From the human T2T-CHM13v2.0 reference genome, Homo sapiens, in NCBI RefSeq assembly GCF_009914755.1, contig NC_060933.1: a DNA stretch of 64,000 nucleotides; one strand, 5' to 3'. Below are positions 1-14,729 of the stretch, piece by piece. The notes under the pieces were generated by a model. The model worked only from the letters and a program-made list of their open reading frames with translations. It was not told the DNA's origin and ran no database searches. The translations under genes were made by a program, and so were the position numbers. The number at the start of each line of letters is the position of its first letter. Within the stretch, counting starts at the first letter, position 1.

Positions 1-580
1 CTGTTTTATAAACTCAGGACATTGGGGAGATAATGGAGTAAGGGTGCCTCACTGTGCTACCTCCAGCAGACCCACATCATGCCTGCCTGCCAAGCAGAGC
101 TCTGCAGACCAACTGCAACCCAGCTTCTGCAAGGGACCACAGATGCTGGTTCTCATTGGCAGTGCAAGTCAAAGGAAGTATGATGGTACTCTCTGGGTAT
201 AAGCTGTGGCACTTCAGGATTTGTTGAAGGGCAGGAGCTGGCTCTGGGTGGCTGAGGCAGGCCTTTTGACCTGCTCTTCCCTCATCACTAGGACTGGAGC
301 AGAAGAGAAGCATCCTTGAGTCTCAGCAGAGCTCGTGGGTAGTCAGTAGGGTGGCTGTGAATTTGTAGTGGGAGGCTGACCTGCAGAGATGGATATCAGC
401 TCTCTGCTTTCTTTCAGCCAGGACCAGGCACCCCACTCTGCTCACTCCACATTTTTATGCCAAGAGGAGAGAGATTGAGATGGACTATGGTCAAGTGCCT
501 TCAATGAGCCTAGCTTCATGACAATGGCACGTGAGTGTAACCAGAACCCAGAATATTCTCATAGAAAGTGGTGGTGGCCC

Positions 581-857
581 GGCTGACATGGTGGTGCGTG
601 GCTGTAATCCCAGCACTTTGAGGGGCTGAGGCAGGAGGATCCCTTGAGCTCAGAAGTTTGAGAGCAGCCTGGGCAACATAGCAAAACCCCATTTCTACAA
701 AAATTAAAAAATAACTGAGAATGGTGGTGCATGGCTGCAGTCCTAGCTACTCAGGAGGCTGAGGTGGGAGGATTGCTTGGGCCCAGGAGGTTGAGGCTAT
801 AGTGATCTGAGATCATGCCACTGTACTCCAGCCTGGGCAACAGAGCAAGACTCTGCC

Positions 858-892
<35 letters not shown>

Positions 893-930
893 GAAAAGGA
901 AGAAAGGAAGGAAGGAAGGAAAAGAGAGAA
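581..930 (+). mobile_element. AluJ-type SINE with A/GA-rich tail
   Basis: Dimeric Alu with J-like 'gaggattgcttg'; poly(A) followed by (GAAA)/(GGAA) tail; flanking repeat GTGGTGGCCC at 571-580 and 935-944. Confidence 0.93.
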
Positions 931-2347
931 GAATGTGGTGGCCCATGTCACCTGCTTCAGAATGTAGAACAAAATAGGATCAGAGTTTCTGACTGCTGCA
1001 AAGCTCCTCTGCAATTTGTTCTAGCAGATGCGCCCAGGACAGTCATACATGTTAGTGGACCAGGGAAAACCAAGCTGGGTGGACAGGAAAGCCCTGGAGC
1101 GAAAAAACCTGAATGTCTTTTTCTGTCTCCAGTGGCGGTTGGCTTGCTCTGGTCGCCCACTCAGCTTTTCCCCTGGACTCCAGAGGCCTGGTACATGCAT
1201 ATCTCCAAGAGAGTATAAACCAAGTAAAACTGATGTCTGTGTAAACTACTGAGGAATCATGGAGAGGGAGAGATGAATTCTACCCGGGGTGGGGCAAGGA
1301 TTGGCAAAGAAAGGGACATTTATATTGGGTTACGGAAGAGGAATAGGAGTTTTATGGGCAGAAAATAGGGAAAAGCATTCACTGCAAAGACAAAAACCTG
1401 TGAAAAATCGTATTTAAAAGCTAGTAAAGGGGCTCACCCTAAGGGAAGAGTGGGGAAGATGAAGCTAGAAGGAGCCCCGCAGGGTGAAGGGCCAGAAGTT
1501 ATGGGGGCTGAGAAGACTGGGCACTCTCCTTATCATGCCAAGAGGTGCTAGACTAGTGGGGTAAATTTTCCTGCAGCAGTTTCAAGTTGACTCGAACCCT
1601 GGCCTTTTCACCCTGGGCCCTATGCCCTTTTATTTTCTGTCTTCCTCCCGCCCTCAGAGTAATTTCAAATAGGTCTCATTTAAGTGAGTAAACATCTCCA
1701 ATTCAGGCACCCTTCCAAGAAAACGAAAAACACAAAACAAAACAGAAACCTGGGGATTTTACTACTTGGAGCGTGGAGGGAAGAGGCATGCCCAGGCAGG
1801 AACCTAGCTCCAGACAGCTTGGGTGGGACAAGAGGGCTGATCAGAGATGCTGGGATTCCCACTTGGGAGACCAGCCCCAGGGATCTCCTTGCATTGCTTC
1901 TCTTTTTCAGGGGAAAAGAAATCTCAGAGCAAATATTTGTCATGAAAAGGAAATTTTGGCCGGCCTCAGAAATCACAGATAATTAAGAGATATGATTTAT
2001 CATTCGTGATGTTTCCCCGTCATGGCCAGGGTATGAGTAAGTGTTTTTCAAGCTGCTTGGCCTTAAACTCAGCGGCGGCTGCTGGGGAAGGCTCTTCTCG
2101 CACGTCAGGGGCCTTGCTCTGTCGTCGTTGGGACACAGGCAGGGGCTGGGCAGAGGCTGGGCAGAGGCCTCTCAGTAACAGTTCCCTGGACCGTGAGCCC
2201 TGCCTGCCGAGGGAGGATGGCCTGGCAGAACGGAGGGAACGCTGGCTTTGAAGCAAGGCAGACCTAGGTGGGATTCCTTCCTCTGTCATGGCCTCCAGCA
2301 ACTTCCTTAGCTTCTCTGAGCCTGTTTCCCCCTTTGTGGAGTTAACA

Positions 2348-2567
2348 CAGAGGTTCTCAAATGAAGCAATTTTGCCTGCCACCCCAAGGGACACTTAGCA
2401 ATGTCTGGAGACATTTTTGGTTGTCACACTAGGAGTAAGGGTACTGGTGGTATCTGGTGGGTTGGGGCCAGGGATGCTGCCACATGTCCTGCAATGCACA
2501 GCACAGCCCTCCACAATAGGGACCTGTCGGCTTCGATTGTCACTAGGGCTGAGGTTGAGAAAGCCTG
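2348..2567 (+). mobile_element. MER20 (hAT-Charlie) inserted in a MIR fragment
   Basis: TIRs CAGAGGTTCTCAA...TTGAGAAAGCCTG; internal 'gcaatgtctggagacatttttggttgtcac' and 'gccagggatgctgc' match recalled MER20. Confidence 0.9.
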
Positions 2568-4385
2568 AGTCAAAGCAATGACACAGACCTCAGAGTTGTT
2601 GAGAAGATCAAGTGAGATCATCTATCTGTACTGCCTGACACAGAGTGAGCCCCAGATAAATGGGATAAATGGAAGTTTAAAAAGTGGCTGCTAGAGTCAT
2701 TTCTCCAAAAGGTTATAAGGCCACCAGTCTGGGGTAGTTCTGAAGGAGAGATGCCAGCCGGGAAGAGAAGAAGGCTAACCAGACCTACCCTCTCTAAAGA
2801 TTCTCCCTCCCACCCTCCCTTTCTTCCTTCTTTTCCTTCCTCCTCCTTCAAATGTTTACTGAGCACCTATTAGCAGCTAGAAATGGGATATAGTAGGGAA
2901 TAGAACAAAAAGATTGCTGTCCTCATAGAACTTTCATCCTAGTGAATTTCCCACAAATGAATAATATACATTATGATATGCCAAATGGCAAAACAAAATT
3001 TTTTTTAATCCTATAAAAAAATAAAGCATGATAAGGGGCATAAATAGGAGTGCTGGGGTGTATGTGTGTAATCGCAGTAGGTGGGAGCAGGCCTTTGAGC
3101 AGAGGACTGGAGGACATGCAGGCGGGAGTCCACCAGAGTCAGCGTCCTATTCAGATCCCGGAGCTCCGCTCCTTGTCCAGAGGGCAGCTCCCAGCCCTTC
3201 TCAGATGGCCGGGCTGCTCTTGGCCGGGGTTGAGCGGTCCTGCGCCAGCTCCTTCAGTGTGGAGGCTTTCAGGGAGCACGGGGGAGATCAGCTCTGCCTG
3301 TCGGCCCGCCCTGAGCTGACCACAAGGGTGTTTGCAAAGGAAGGGTGGGGGGTTTCGCCGATTAGGGTCCATGTGCTCAGGCCCTGGCTTGAAGGAAGCC
3401 TGGCTGGGTGCCCAGGGGGTGAGTTGCTGGCTCTTGGTCTGCCTGAAGGGGCCTGGGGCTATTTGTACTCCACCCCAGGTCCTGGCAGCTGACTCAGGGC
3501 TGCCTGCCATGGCAGAGGCAAGGCCAGCTTCCAACTTCAGGAGGAGTGTGTCTGCAAGTGGGACCTTTGCCATGGTGGGTGGGGGAGTGAGAACATTAAA
3601 AAAAAAAAAAAAAAAAGAAAAGATGCCACCTGTAACTACCTTCTTCTCAGGTCCTCAGGGCTTTTCCCCACTGTGCCTCCTTGAATGCCTGGGAGAGATA
3701 GTAAGGAAGTAGGATCGACAGGACTGGGTGTCTGTAGGGTGAAGAGATGCAGGGTCTTGAAGCCAGAGAGATGGGGGAGGTCAAAAGTCTTTCCACTTTA
3801 TCATCACTTGTTTCCATTTAGCAAAAGTCTTTGCTGAGCAGTCCCCGCATGGCCAGCACTGGACTAGACAATGGCATCTGTCTTGTTCCCAGCGGCACCC
3901 TACATGCCTAGCACAGAGCTCTACGGATAGTGGGGGTGCAATGAGTACTTGGGGAATAAATATTTGGGGCATGTGGATTATCTGGAAGAGAAAAGACAAA
4001 TGGCAGGCCACCATCGTCTGGGTCACCTGGGTTGGGTAGCTAAAATTACACATAAGATGAGAGTTTGGAGAGGTGGCTCAGAGAGGAGAGGCAGGGCTGA
4101 GGCAGGTGGAGAGAGATCTGGAGGCAGGTCTAGGAAGCGGTGAGGGTGCCTTTCCCTGGAGCCATTGCAACTGATGGTTAGGCCAGGGATTTAGGGCAGA
4201 GCCATCACCAAAATGAGGAGACAGGGGGAAGACATGAAGGCTTTCAGAATAGGGAGTGAATGAAGACAAAAGGACTGTTCCTGGCTCCACGCCTCTGCTC
4301 ATAGTGTTTGCCTTGCTTAGGGATCCCGCCCATCTCCACTCTGCCAATTCCTGGATTCATGCAGTCTCAAGCTTTGGAGGAATCT

Positions 4386-4615
<230 letters not shown>

Positions 4616-4760
4616 CTTTGAAGGAATCTTAAAGGTTACCAGGTCCGTCCTCAGCAGCATCCCCTCCAGTTGCTTCTCCACCATCCCCTGGGGTCTGTTG
4701 TTCAGAATATGCTTGACATCTCTAGGGATGGGGTGCCCTCTGCCACCCCACATTGCGGAA

Positions 4761-5105
4761 CAGAGATTGCAAAATGTTGACCTGAGGCCATATCTGTCTT
4801 TCAGACAGGACTTGTTTAGTTTTCTATGTGTTTAAACAATTTAAACATTATTCTCCAGTATTTAAAAATCAGATTTTACACCCAGAAATATAAATGATTT
4901 CTGGCTTATCTTGACATGGAAAGATCTGGCCACACTGGATCCACATTCTCAAATGGCAAGAATTGGCTGAAGCTGAGGAGCAGCTGCCCCTTTAGATGAA
5001 GCACGTGCTCTGGGGTTTTCTGCTCTCGCCACCTCTTCCTATTAAGCCCACCCTGCTTTCCTCATGTGCATAATCTGCCGGTATCTGTAGCCTTTGGGGC
5101 TTATG
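4761..5105 (+). mobile_element. MER102-like hAT-Charlie fossil
   Basis: 'gatctggccacactgg', 'ttggctgaagctgaggagcagctgcccctttaga' resemble recalled MER102. Confidence 0.7.
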
Positions 5106-5119
5106 AATAGGGCAGTCAC

Positions 5120-5330
5120 TGGAATCAGTCAAATGTGAGTGCAAATTCTGACTCTGCCACTTGCCAGCTATGGGTCAGTGACCTGACCTGAGCCCCAATT
5201 TTCTCAAGTGTAAAATGGGAATCATAACTCTCACCTCTTGGAGTTGTGAGAATTAAATGCAATGATGTATTTACAGTACCTAGTGGAATATCTGGACGGC
5301 ATAGGTAATTTATCAATGGCAGCTCTGATT
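5120..5330 (+). mobile_element. MIR fragment
   Basis: 'caaattctgactctgccacttgccagctatg...tgtaaaatgggaatcataa...gttgtgagaattaaatg' is the MIR core. Confidence 0.75.
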
Positions 5331-6841
5331 TTTGTTATTATTCCTTTACTCCCTCAATTTATCTGGATTTCAGAGGTCCCTCCTGTGTAGAGTCTTCCTG
5401 ACTTCCAAAGAGGTGAGGGGAGTTAGTGCCTGGCATTTGTGTGGCCTGGATGTCCAAAGCCCTTTTGCACAGATTCACAGATCACATTTGTGCCGTGCCC
5501 TCTGCGCCTCCCTGCTCCCAGCTCCTCGATGCCACTTGCTGTTGTCCTCATTCTGCATTTTCTCCCTGCGTTGCCTTCCTGGTCAGAACTCAGTCCCCCT
5601 CCCCATGCCTGGCATAGTGCTGTGGGCAAGGTCTGCAGGCCGCAGGCTTGTCAACATGGAGACCCAGATCTCCCTTTCCAGAGAGGCAGGGGCTGTCATG
5701 GGAAAGAGGCTTGGGGTCAGAAAAACCTGGTTTCGTTCCAGCGCTGCCACTTTCTACTCCTGCAACTTGGATCAAGTTATTTCTAAGCCTCAATTTACTT
5801 GTCTACGAAGTGGAGCTATGAAGACATAGCTCCAGGGTTAGCATGAGAATTAAATGAGAAAATACAGTGCCTGGTGCCAGTTGCTACTTACTGAGGGCCA
5901 ATCTCTTCTGCTTCCATCTAACTGCTCCAGAACTTGATAAGCTGCTTAAGCAGCTACCATTTTCAAAGCACCTCATTTGTGCTAGGAGGGTTGCTGTCAG
6001 CTCCCATCATGCAGTGATGAGTCTGAGCAGCCCGTGCCCTTAGGGAGCTCCAGCAGTGGGTCCAGCACCCTCTTCCTGCTGCACTGTGAGGATTAAGTGC
6101 CCCTCCCCAGGGCACAAAGAGGGTTTTGCACAAAGCCTTGGCTTTTCCCAGATGAGAAAGCAGAACAAGGCCAGGAGGCATGGGAAGCGATGGGTGCTCT
6201 GGTTGATCATAGGAGCTTCTCTCTCCAGAGGAGCAGGGTGGCAGGATGCCCAGGGTGGTGGGAAAGCCTTACGTCTCCTGTTCTGGAGATGAACAGGGCT
6301 TCTTCCTGAGAACTCTGGATGCAGCCCAAAGCCTGCTCTGCCTTCCCTGCAGGCCAATGAGGCCCAGAAGATGAGCGCAGCTCTGCCTTGGGCACGTCTG
6401 TACCTGGCAGGACCTTCCTTTCCTTCTCCTTGGAGCCTGGTTGGGGGCACCAGCGATATCTGCCGGGAAATATCCTGGTGGCAGGCATAGGCCAGGAATA
6501 TGACGGAAAGGCCCATAGAATTTTAAGAAGTTCTGGGAAGAAAACTGGTGTGTTCCGGCAAGTGTTTTGCATTTTTTTGTTTTTCTCTTTGATAGGAAAA
6601 GCATGCAGTTGGATTTTTCTTTGGCAGTTCTTTCCTTCTCAAAATATGGAGCTCTGGGAGGGGGCACTACATGGGCCTGGAATCTGGGTGGTCCCTGAGA
6701 CCTTTGGGAGTGTGTGAGGCAAGAACATGGAATGAGCTTGCAGTTCTGATAGAGTCGCATGTGTCAGGGAGTTATCCTATCAATTAATACAGATAATAAT
6801 ATCATGTATTGTGTGCTTACTACGTGCTGGCACTGTGCTAA

Positions 6842-7675
<834 letters not shown>

Positions 7676-9055
7676 GTGCTCTGTGCTAATCTTTTTACAT
7701 GCATTATCCCTTTTCATTCACACAACAACAAAGGAAATGTGATCATGCTCATTTTACAGGTGGGAGAACTGGGGATTTCAACAGTTGCGTGGTCCCAGAA
7801 TGACAGAGTTGGCAAACCAGGTTTGACCCCTGAGACTACACACCTAACGGCTTGGCTAGAACCGTTTTAAAGGCTCAACCACTCAGTGAGGAAACTCAAT
7901 AATTCTGGTATTTCCTATTTTGAGATTCAAAATGATAAAGTAATTTGCTAAAGCCATACAAAGGAATGCTTTGTAGGATTGCTCTGATTCCTACCTTCTT
8001 GGGGAATAACTATTGGGAAGCAGATCAAGCTGCATTTGAAGAAGTAACTAGATGAGTGCTCCCATTTATTTCTTGTTTTAAGGGTTTCAGTGGTTCCTGT
8101 TTGCCCGAGGCAAAAAACAGAGCTCCTTGGAGTGCCCTTCACAATTGCCACAATCCAATGTACTTTCTGCACTCGCCCCTGTCGATTGCACTTTATGCTC
8201 ACACTCCAGCTTCATGGAAAAGGTGATTCTACCTTTGTGTCCCGGGGCAGGCTCATAAGACACACTGCACATTGCAATGACCTGCATCTCTTCTCATATA
8301 CACGCATAACAGAGAAGTCAACAGAGGACTCAACTCCTTCAGGGAAGAAACCAACTGAGTCATATTTGCTTCTTCATTCTGATCCCAGCACAGAGCCTGG
8401 CACAGAAAACGCATGCTCCATGCATATGTAGAGAACACATAAATGAATGAATGAATCAAAGAGTGTGTGTGTGAGAGAGAATGAATGAATGGGATGAATG
8501 AATGAGGATGGAGTAGCCCTCCTCTTTCAACACCATTTCTAATACCAAACCAGGCCAGAGACTTTTGCCATCTGCAACTATAGACTCCAGGAGAGTGAGG
8601 TCAGGAGAGGAGAGGTGACAGCTGAAAGCCTTTGTTTCATCTCGGAAAGGTAACAGTGAAAATTTGCATCCCGAGTTACAGTTCATAAACCACACCAGCA
8701 GGCCTCATCTTATTTCTCTTCATAAAGGAGAAGGAAGCTAAGATAAAGTGTATAAACTTCAGGCTCCAAGAGGGTGCTGAGCAGAGGGGATGCTCCATTT
8801 CTTCCCAGCTCAGGACACCCATGTGGTGTGGGAAAGACATCTCTGTAATCCAGGGAAACAGCCAGGGGTGGAGCCAAAAATTAAAGTGGGCAGGAGAACT
8901 TGTGGGTAGTTGGAGAGAAGGGAGAAGATGTCCAGAACTTGGCTTGAATCTCTCCCATGTGCCAGCTTTTGAGTGTGGAGTTTTACTTATAATCTTTCAT
9001 GAGTCTTCAAAACCATCTCATGACTCCTCAAAACCATCTCATGAGGAAAGGATTA

Positions 9056-9494
9056 CAGTTGACCTTTGAACCACATGGGTTCGAGCTGTGCACATCCCTC
9101 TGCCCACACTTGTATGTGAATTTTCTTCTGTCTCTGCCACCAAGAGACAGCAAGACTAACCCCTCCTCTTCCTCCTCCCTTCTCAGCCTACTCAATGTGA
9201 AGACAATAAGGATGAAGACCTGTAAGATGCTCCACTTCCACTCAGTCAATAGTCAATATATTTTGTTTTCCTTATGATTTTCTTAATAATGTTTTCTTTT
9301 CTCTTGCTTATTTTACTGCAAGAATATCGTATTTAATACATATAAAATACAAAATATGTTTTAATTGGCTGTTTATGTTATTGGTAAGGCTTCTGGTCAA
9401 CAGTGGGCTATTAGTAGTTACGTTTTTGGGGAGTCAAAAATTATACAGATTTTTGACTGGTGCCCCTAACACCTATGTTGTTCAACGGTCAATG
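9056..9494 (+). mobile_element. Tigger2a (MER28) DNA transposon
   Basis: TA then TIR CAGTTGACCTTTGAAC...GTTCAACGGTCAATG; internal 'gagacagcaagactaacccctcctcttcctcc'. Confidence 0.9.
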
Positions 9495-9514
9495 ATCTTT
9501 TAGATAGTGCTCAC

Positions 9515-10405
<891 letters not shown>

Positions 10406-11249
10406 TCACTCACACATGAGGTGATTGAAAATCTAAAGGTTTAAGTGATTTTCTACCTGAAAATGTAAAAAAAGGGGTTACATTCAGAGCTGTCTGACTC
10501 GAAGCTGCTTGTTTCTAATTCTCCGTGGCTCCCTTGTGTGCCCTTGGTGATAGATGAATTAATCCAACCAATTCTTTCTTTGATTCTACTGCATGGAGAC
10601 ACAAAGATAGAGAAGGCCTGCTGGTGACTGACAGTGTTTGTGTGCTGGGAATGGAGAGTTGTGGAAGATGGATAGGTAAACAGATTTTCCTTACAAGGTG
10701 CCAGCCATAAGCAAAACAGGATGTGGGAGCACTGGGTGGAAACACAGAGCAACTTAGCCTGGGATGTTGTTGAAGCCTTCATGGAGGAAGTGATGATGAT
10801 GTGGGTCCTTTCAGGAAGCTTAATGATGAGCCAAGCACCATGCTGGGCAAAGTGCTCTCCCAGGCTAGTGAGGAAAATGAGGGAATGAGAAAGGAGGATG
10901 AGGAGGGCTTTGAGGGTGATGAGTCAGATGCAGGCACAGCCTTGGTAGTGGGTTTTAGTCCGTGCTCTGAGATGCCCAGTTTTTCATGAGAAAGAAAAGC
11001 ATGTATGCCCACCCAGAAGAATGATTGTTAAGACAGGCTAAGAATATTGAGAGCAGAATGCACAGCCAACGCAAACTTGGCTGTATGCTCTTCTTTCTAT
11101 GGGGATTTCTCTCCCTTTCTCTGCCTGTCATTCAGTGAGCAGAACAGAAATGTGTTCAGGCACAGGGGGAGGATGAACTGCACACCAATTGAAGGGAACA
11201 GTATGGGGTAGAGCAGAGTAGCACAAAACAGCATGCACATTGTGAGTTT

Positions 11250-11660
11250 GTGTAAGTTAGCTTTTGCTGTATAACAAACCAACTCAAAGCTTAGTGACTT
11301 AACCAATATTTATCATTTTTTAGAATGATTTTTTGGGTTGAGTGAGTGATTCTCATGGTCTAAGTGAGCTTAGTTGTTGCTGGAAGTTGTGGATGGTGTT
11401 ACCCACATGTTTGGGGTCAGCTGAGATCTCTTTCCACATGGGCCTTATCCTCAAGGAGTCTAGCTAAGGTTAGTAAACATAGTGGCTGGAGGGGCTTGCA
11501 GAAAGAAAGAGCTTTCAAGCTTTTGCTTGCTTCACATTTGCTAATGGTCCCATTGGCCAAAGACAGTTTCATGGCCTACTGAGATTCAAGGGGCAGAGAA
11601 ATATGTTCCACTTCTTAATATAAGGAGCCGCAACTCACACTACAGGTATGGGAAGGATTT
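11250..11660 (-). mobile_element. Old MLT1 (MaLR) LTR fragment
   Basis: 'ttgctgtataacaaaccaactcaaagcttagtgacttaa', 'gtcccattggccaaag', 'agattcaaggg' are typical of MLT1. Confidence 0.6.
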
Positions 11661-12899
11661 ACGGGTGGGAAATCCAGTGTTCTTGCTGCATATGGTGATG
11701 GTAGAGAAGAGGAAACCAAAGAAACAAAGGCACATCCTGATGGGCCTTGAATGCCAAGTGAAGGGCTTCAACTTTATTTTGTAAGCATTGAGGGTTCCTG
11801 AAAAGATTTAAGCAGGCCAGCTTTGGATTTAAAAAGCCCATTCCAGTGGCTATAAGAAGGTTGGATTGGAAAAAGGTAAAATTCAAGGAAAAGGACCCAT
11901 TAGGCCATCCATATTTCAGGAACAGGGGGTCAAGGCCTGAACCAAGACTGTCACTGAGCTCTTTGAAAGCAGGGCCATAAGTTCCTCATGTTTTTAGCCC
12001 ATGTGTAGCACAGTGCCTGGTCTCGAGTTGGCATTCACCAAATGCTCAAATGAATGTTATACGGAGAGCAGAGTGTGGACTGCCAGATGGTTTGGAGGTC
12101 AGATGACCAGGGCTTTCCTGATAGGCAACAACAGGAAGAAGAACGAGATGGGTGTGAGTGTTCAGAAATTTGTTCGTGTCAGCTGAGGAGGTGAAGGCTG
12201 GGTGCAGAGTCAGAAGCCAGTTACAAGGACTTGAGATGCACATCTCTCTGTCCATCCTCTGTCATCTCCTTCATGTCAAGGACACTCTCTGACATGAACT
12301 TGGGCAACTCTCTTCGTTCACCAGGGCCTCTGTTTCCAAATTCTTTAAAACAGAGATGGTAACTCCAGGACCCTGGCAATGCCAGTAATATACTCTGAAG
12401 AGAAACTATGAGAGAACCCCACTTAAAGGGTGGACATCACTGGTGCTCTCTCATTAAGGTTGAGCATTATTGGACAAACCTACCCACATGAAGGTCAGGC
12501 TGGGAGGACTGGAGCAGGTTCTTTTTTTTTAGTGAAGAAATTTTCCATTGGGAGCTTCATGGAAATGATGCTTAATGCCTTTACCACTCTGCCTTTCCAA
12601 AGGATGTTAGTCTCCCTCGTGAGAGAATCTATGTAATGTACTGGTGACGTAGGCATCATCAAGGCCTATTGTGTCCATTTCCCAGATGACGGACATCCCA
12701 TTGGAGATGGCAGTGATTGGCAGAAAAATTACAGGCAAAGGCTAGGTCAGAACTCTGAAGCCTGAATTCTGCCCTGAAGGTCATGGCTCTTCTCCAGCAG
12801 TAGCTCCAATACAGGCTTCTCAAGTTTACCCAACTCTAGCGCTAACCAGCTCTTCAGAGTCCTTTCTCTCCAATAGTCATCTTTGTGTAAAGAGCCAAA

Positions 12900-13210
12900 A
12901 AGCAAATGTTCCAATTAATGAAAAGGCTCTTCTATAAAAGGATTTGTATGAGATCAAAAGGGTTTCTAACTGGGACAGACCTGCAAGCTTGGAGTGCTGT
13001 GCTTTTCCAGCATGTGCTGTAATTAATACATACACTGAACATTACATATAATCTGCATATTATTGACCCAATGCACAATTCATATGGTAATGCCATTAAT
13101 TGCATATTACCTAGGCGGCTTAATGAACATTACATAGGTTTTTAATGGATGTAGTTACTATAATTGAGTTCAATTATATCCCTGCCATGCATATGAGGCC
13201 AATAGACTAG
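12900..13210. repeat. MER121-like ancient conserved repeat / candidate conserved non-coding element
   Basis: Core 'ggtaatgccattaattgcatattacctag' and 'ttttccagcatgtgctgtaattaatac' match my recollection of MER121; TAAT-rich, with internal palindromes. Confidence 0.5.
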
Positions 13211-13933
13211 CTCGACCCCACAGGGTCTGGGAGAAAGGAAACAGGTGTTTGTAGTGAGGGCAATTTGTGAGCTGGAGCAGAGAGAAGGGAGAGGCCAAGG
13301 GCCAGAGATGACTTGCTTGGCTGGGCCCTTTTTAGGGCCCGGATAGTGGTACACAAAGCTGGGTAAACAGCAGGCAGTCTATGCACAAAGGCAGGATCTC
13401 CTGCTTGCCCCTCTGCTGTGGGTTTGGAACAGGGCACCAGACTGGAGCCCTGAAGCCAGCCACGCCCACGCTGTAACAGGACACTTTCTTCTACGCTGAC
13501 CCAAAGCCAATGGGCAGTTGCATCACTTCCTCTGGCAGAGTGGAGGCCACATGATTCTAGCATCTGGGCTTGCCAGGGATGCAGGGGAGCCCTGCCTGTC
13601 CATGATGCTGGCGCAGAAGGCCCTGAGCCTGGTGTTGCTTCTTTTCTCCAAATTCTATGTCTGGAGTGGAAGAGGCAAAGCTGCTGCTCCCATATTCTGG
13701 GTGCTCACACCCTCTAAAAGAGATAACCCCATGTGGACAGAGAACTAGGGAGTGAAGAGGCATCAGAGTTCCTCATACTTCCCTTCCTAAAAAAGAGAAA
13801 GGTGACTCAGAGACGACAAACACCTGCCATAAACTAGGCACTGCTGATGTTACCTACTTTACCCTCCACTGGATTTCTCCCATTTGGTTAAAGTGATACT
13901 AAATCTTCAGAGAGGTTAGAAATTTTCCCAAGG

Positions 13934-13934
<1 letters not shown>

Positions 13935-13965
<31 letters not shown>

Positions 13966-13999
13966 ATGCACACACAACACAACACAACACAACACACAC
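13935..13999 (+). repeat. (CA)n / (CAACA)n microsatellite
   Basis: Directly visible. Confidence 0.95.
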
Positions 14000-14688
14000 A
14001 GAACTTGTTGAAGGTGGGGTCAGAATTTGAACTCAGGTCAGTCTCACCCCAAAGTTTACAGCACCCAATTACTCCAGGCTGCTTTGTTGCAACTTTGCTG
14101 TGTTCCTAGTTTTGAAGGCCACTCCAGAAGGGGTAAAATAATGATGGAAAGGAAAGTTTGATGCAGATATCAGGATAGAAAGAAAAGAAGAAAATGAATG
14201 ATTTTTTTTAAAATCACAGAGAGAGAATTTGATTTTTCCAGTAACCTTCTTGCAAAGTATACATTTGCATGTCTCTTTTTCTGCCTGTCTTTCCACTCTC
14301 ATTGACCGCTGATTTGCTAAGTTGGGCTGGCCAGGAATACACTTTCTATTTAGAAAGCAAATGCGGCCAGATTTGGGCCCCGGCCTAGGAGCTGACTCAC
14401 TTTTGCTGGGATGACACATTCACTGCGCATGTTTCACAATTTTCAGAAACACCAGATTTATTTCTGTCAATACCCAGAGCCCCACTTCGCTGTCCACCTA
14501 AGGCCACACACTGAGGCGTTGCTATTTTTTTCCCTGGGGCCTAAATGGATGGGAAGACTTCCCATGCCTGAAACATCACCCTCATTTGTAAGGAGAGAAA
14601 GTCTGGCCAAGAATTGCAGTGTTTTTAACCAGAATTTGGCTGGCTTTCAATAGCTTTATGCCAAAGCTGTACCAGCCAGAGAGATGGC

Positions 14689-14728
<40 letters not shown>
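14689..14728 (+). repeat. (TG)n microsatellite
   Basis: Directly visible. Confidence 0.95.

Positions 14729-14729
<1 letters not shown>

Noticed and set aside
10801-10989. Acidic 62-aa ORF (EENEGMRKEDEEGFEGDES)
   Set aside because: Explained by a GA-rich stretch; non-ATG start, no homology or splice context recognised
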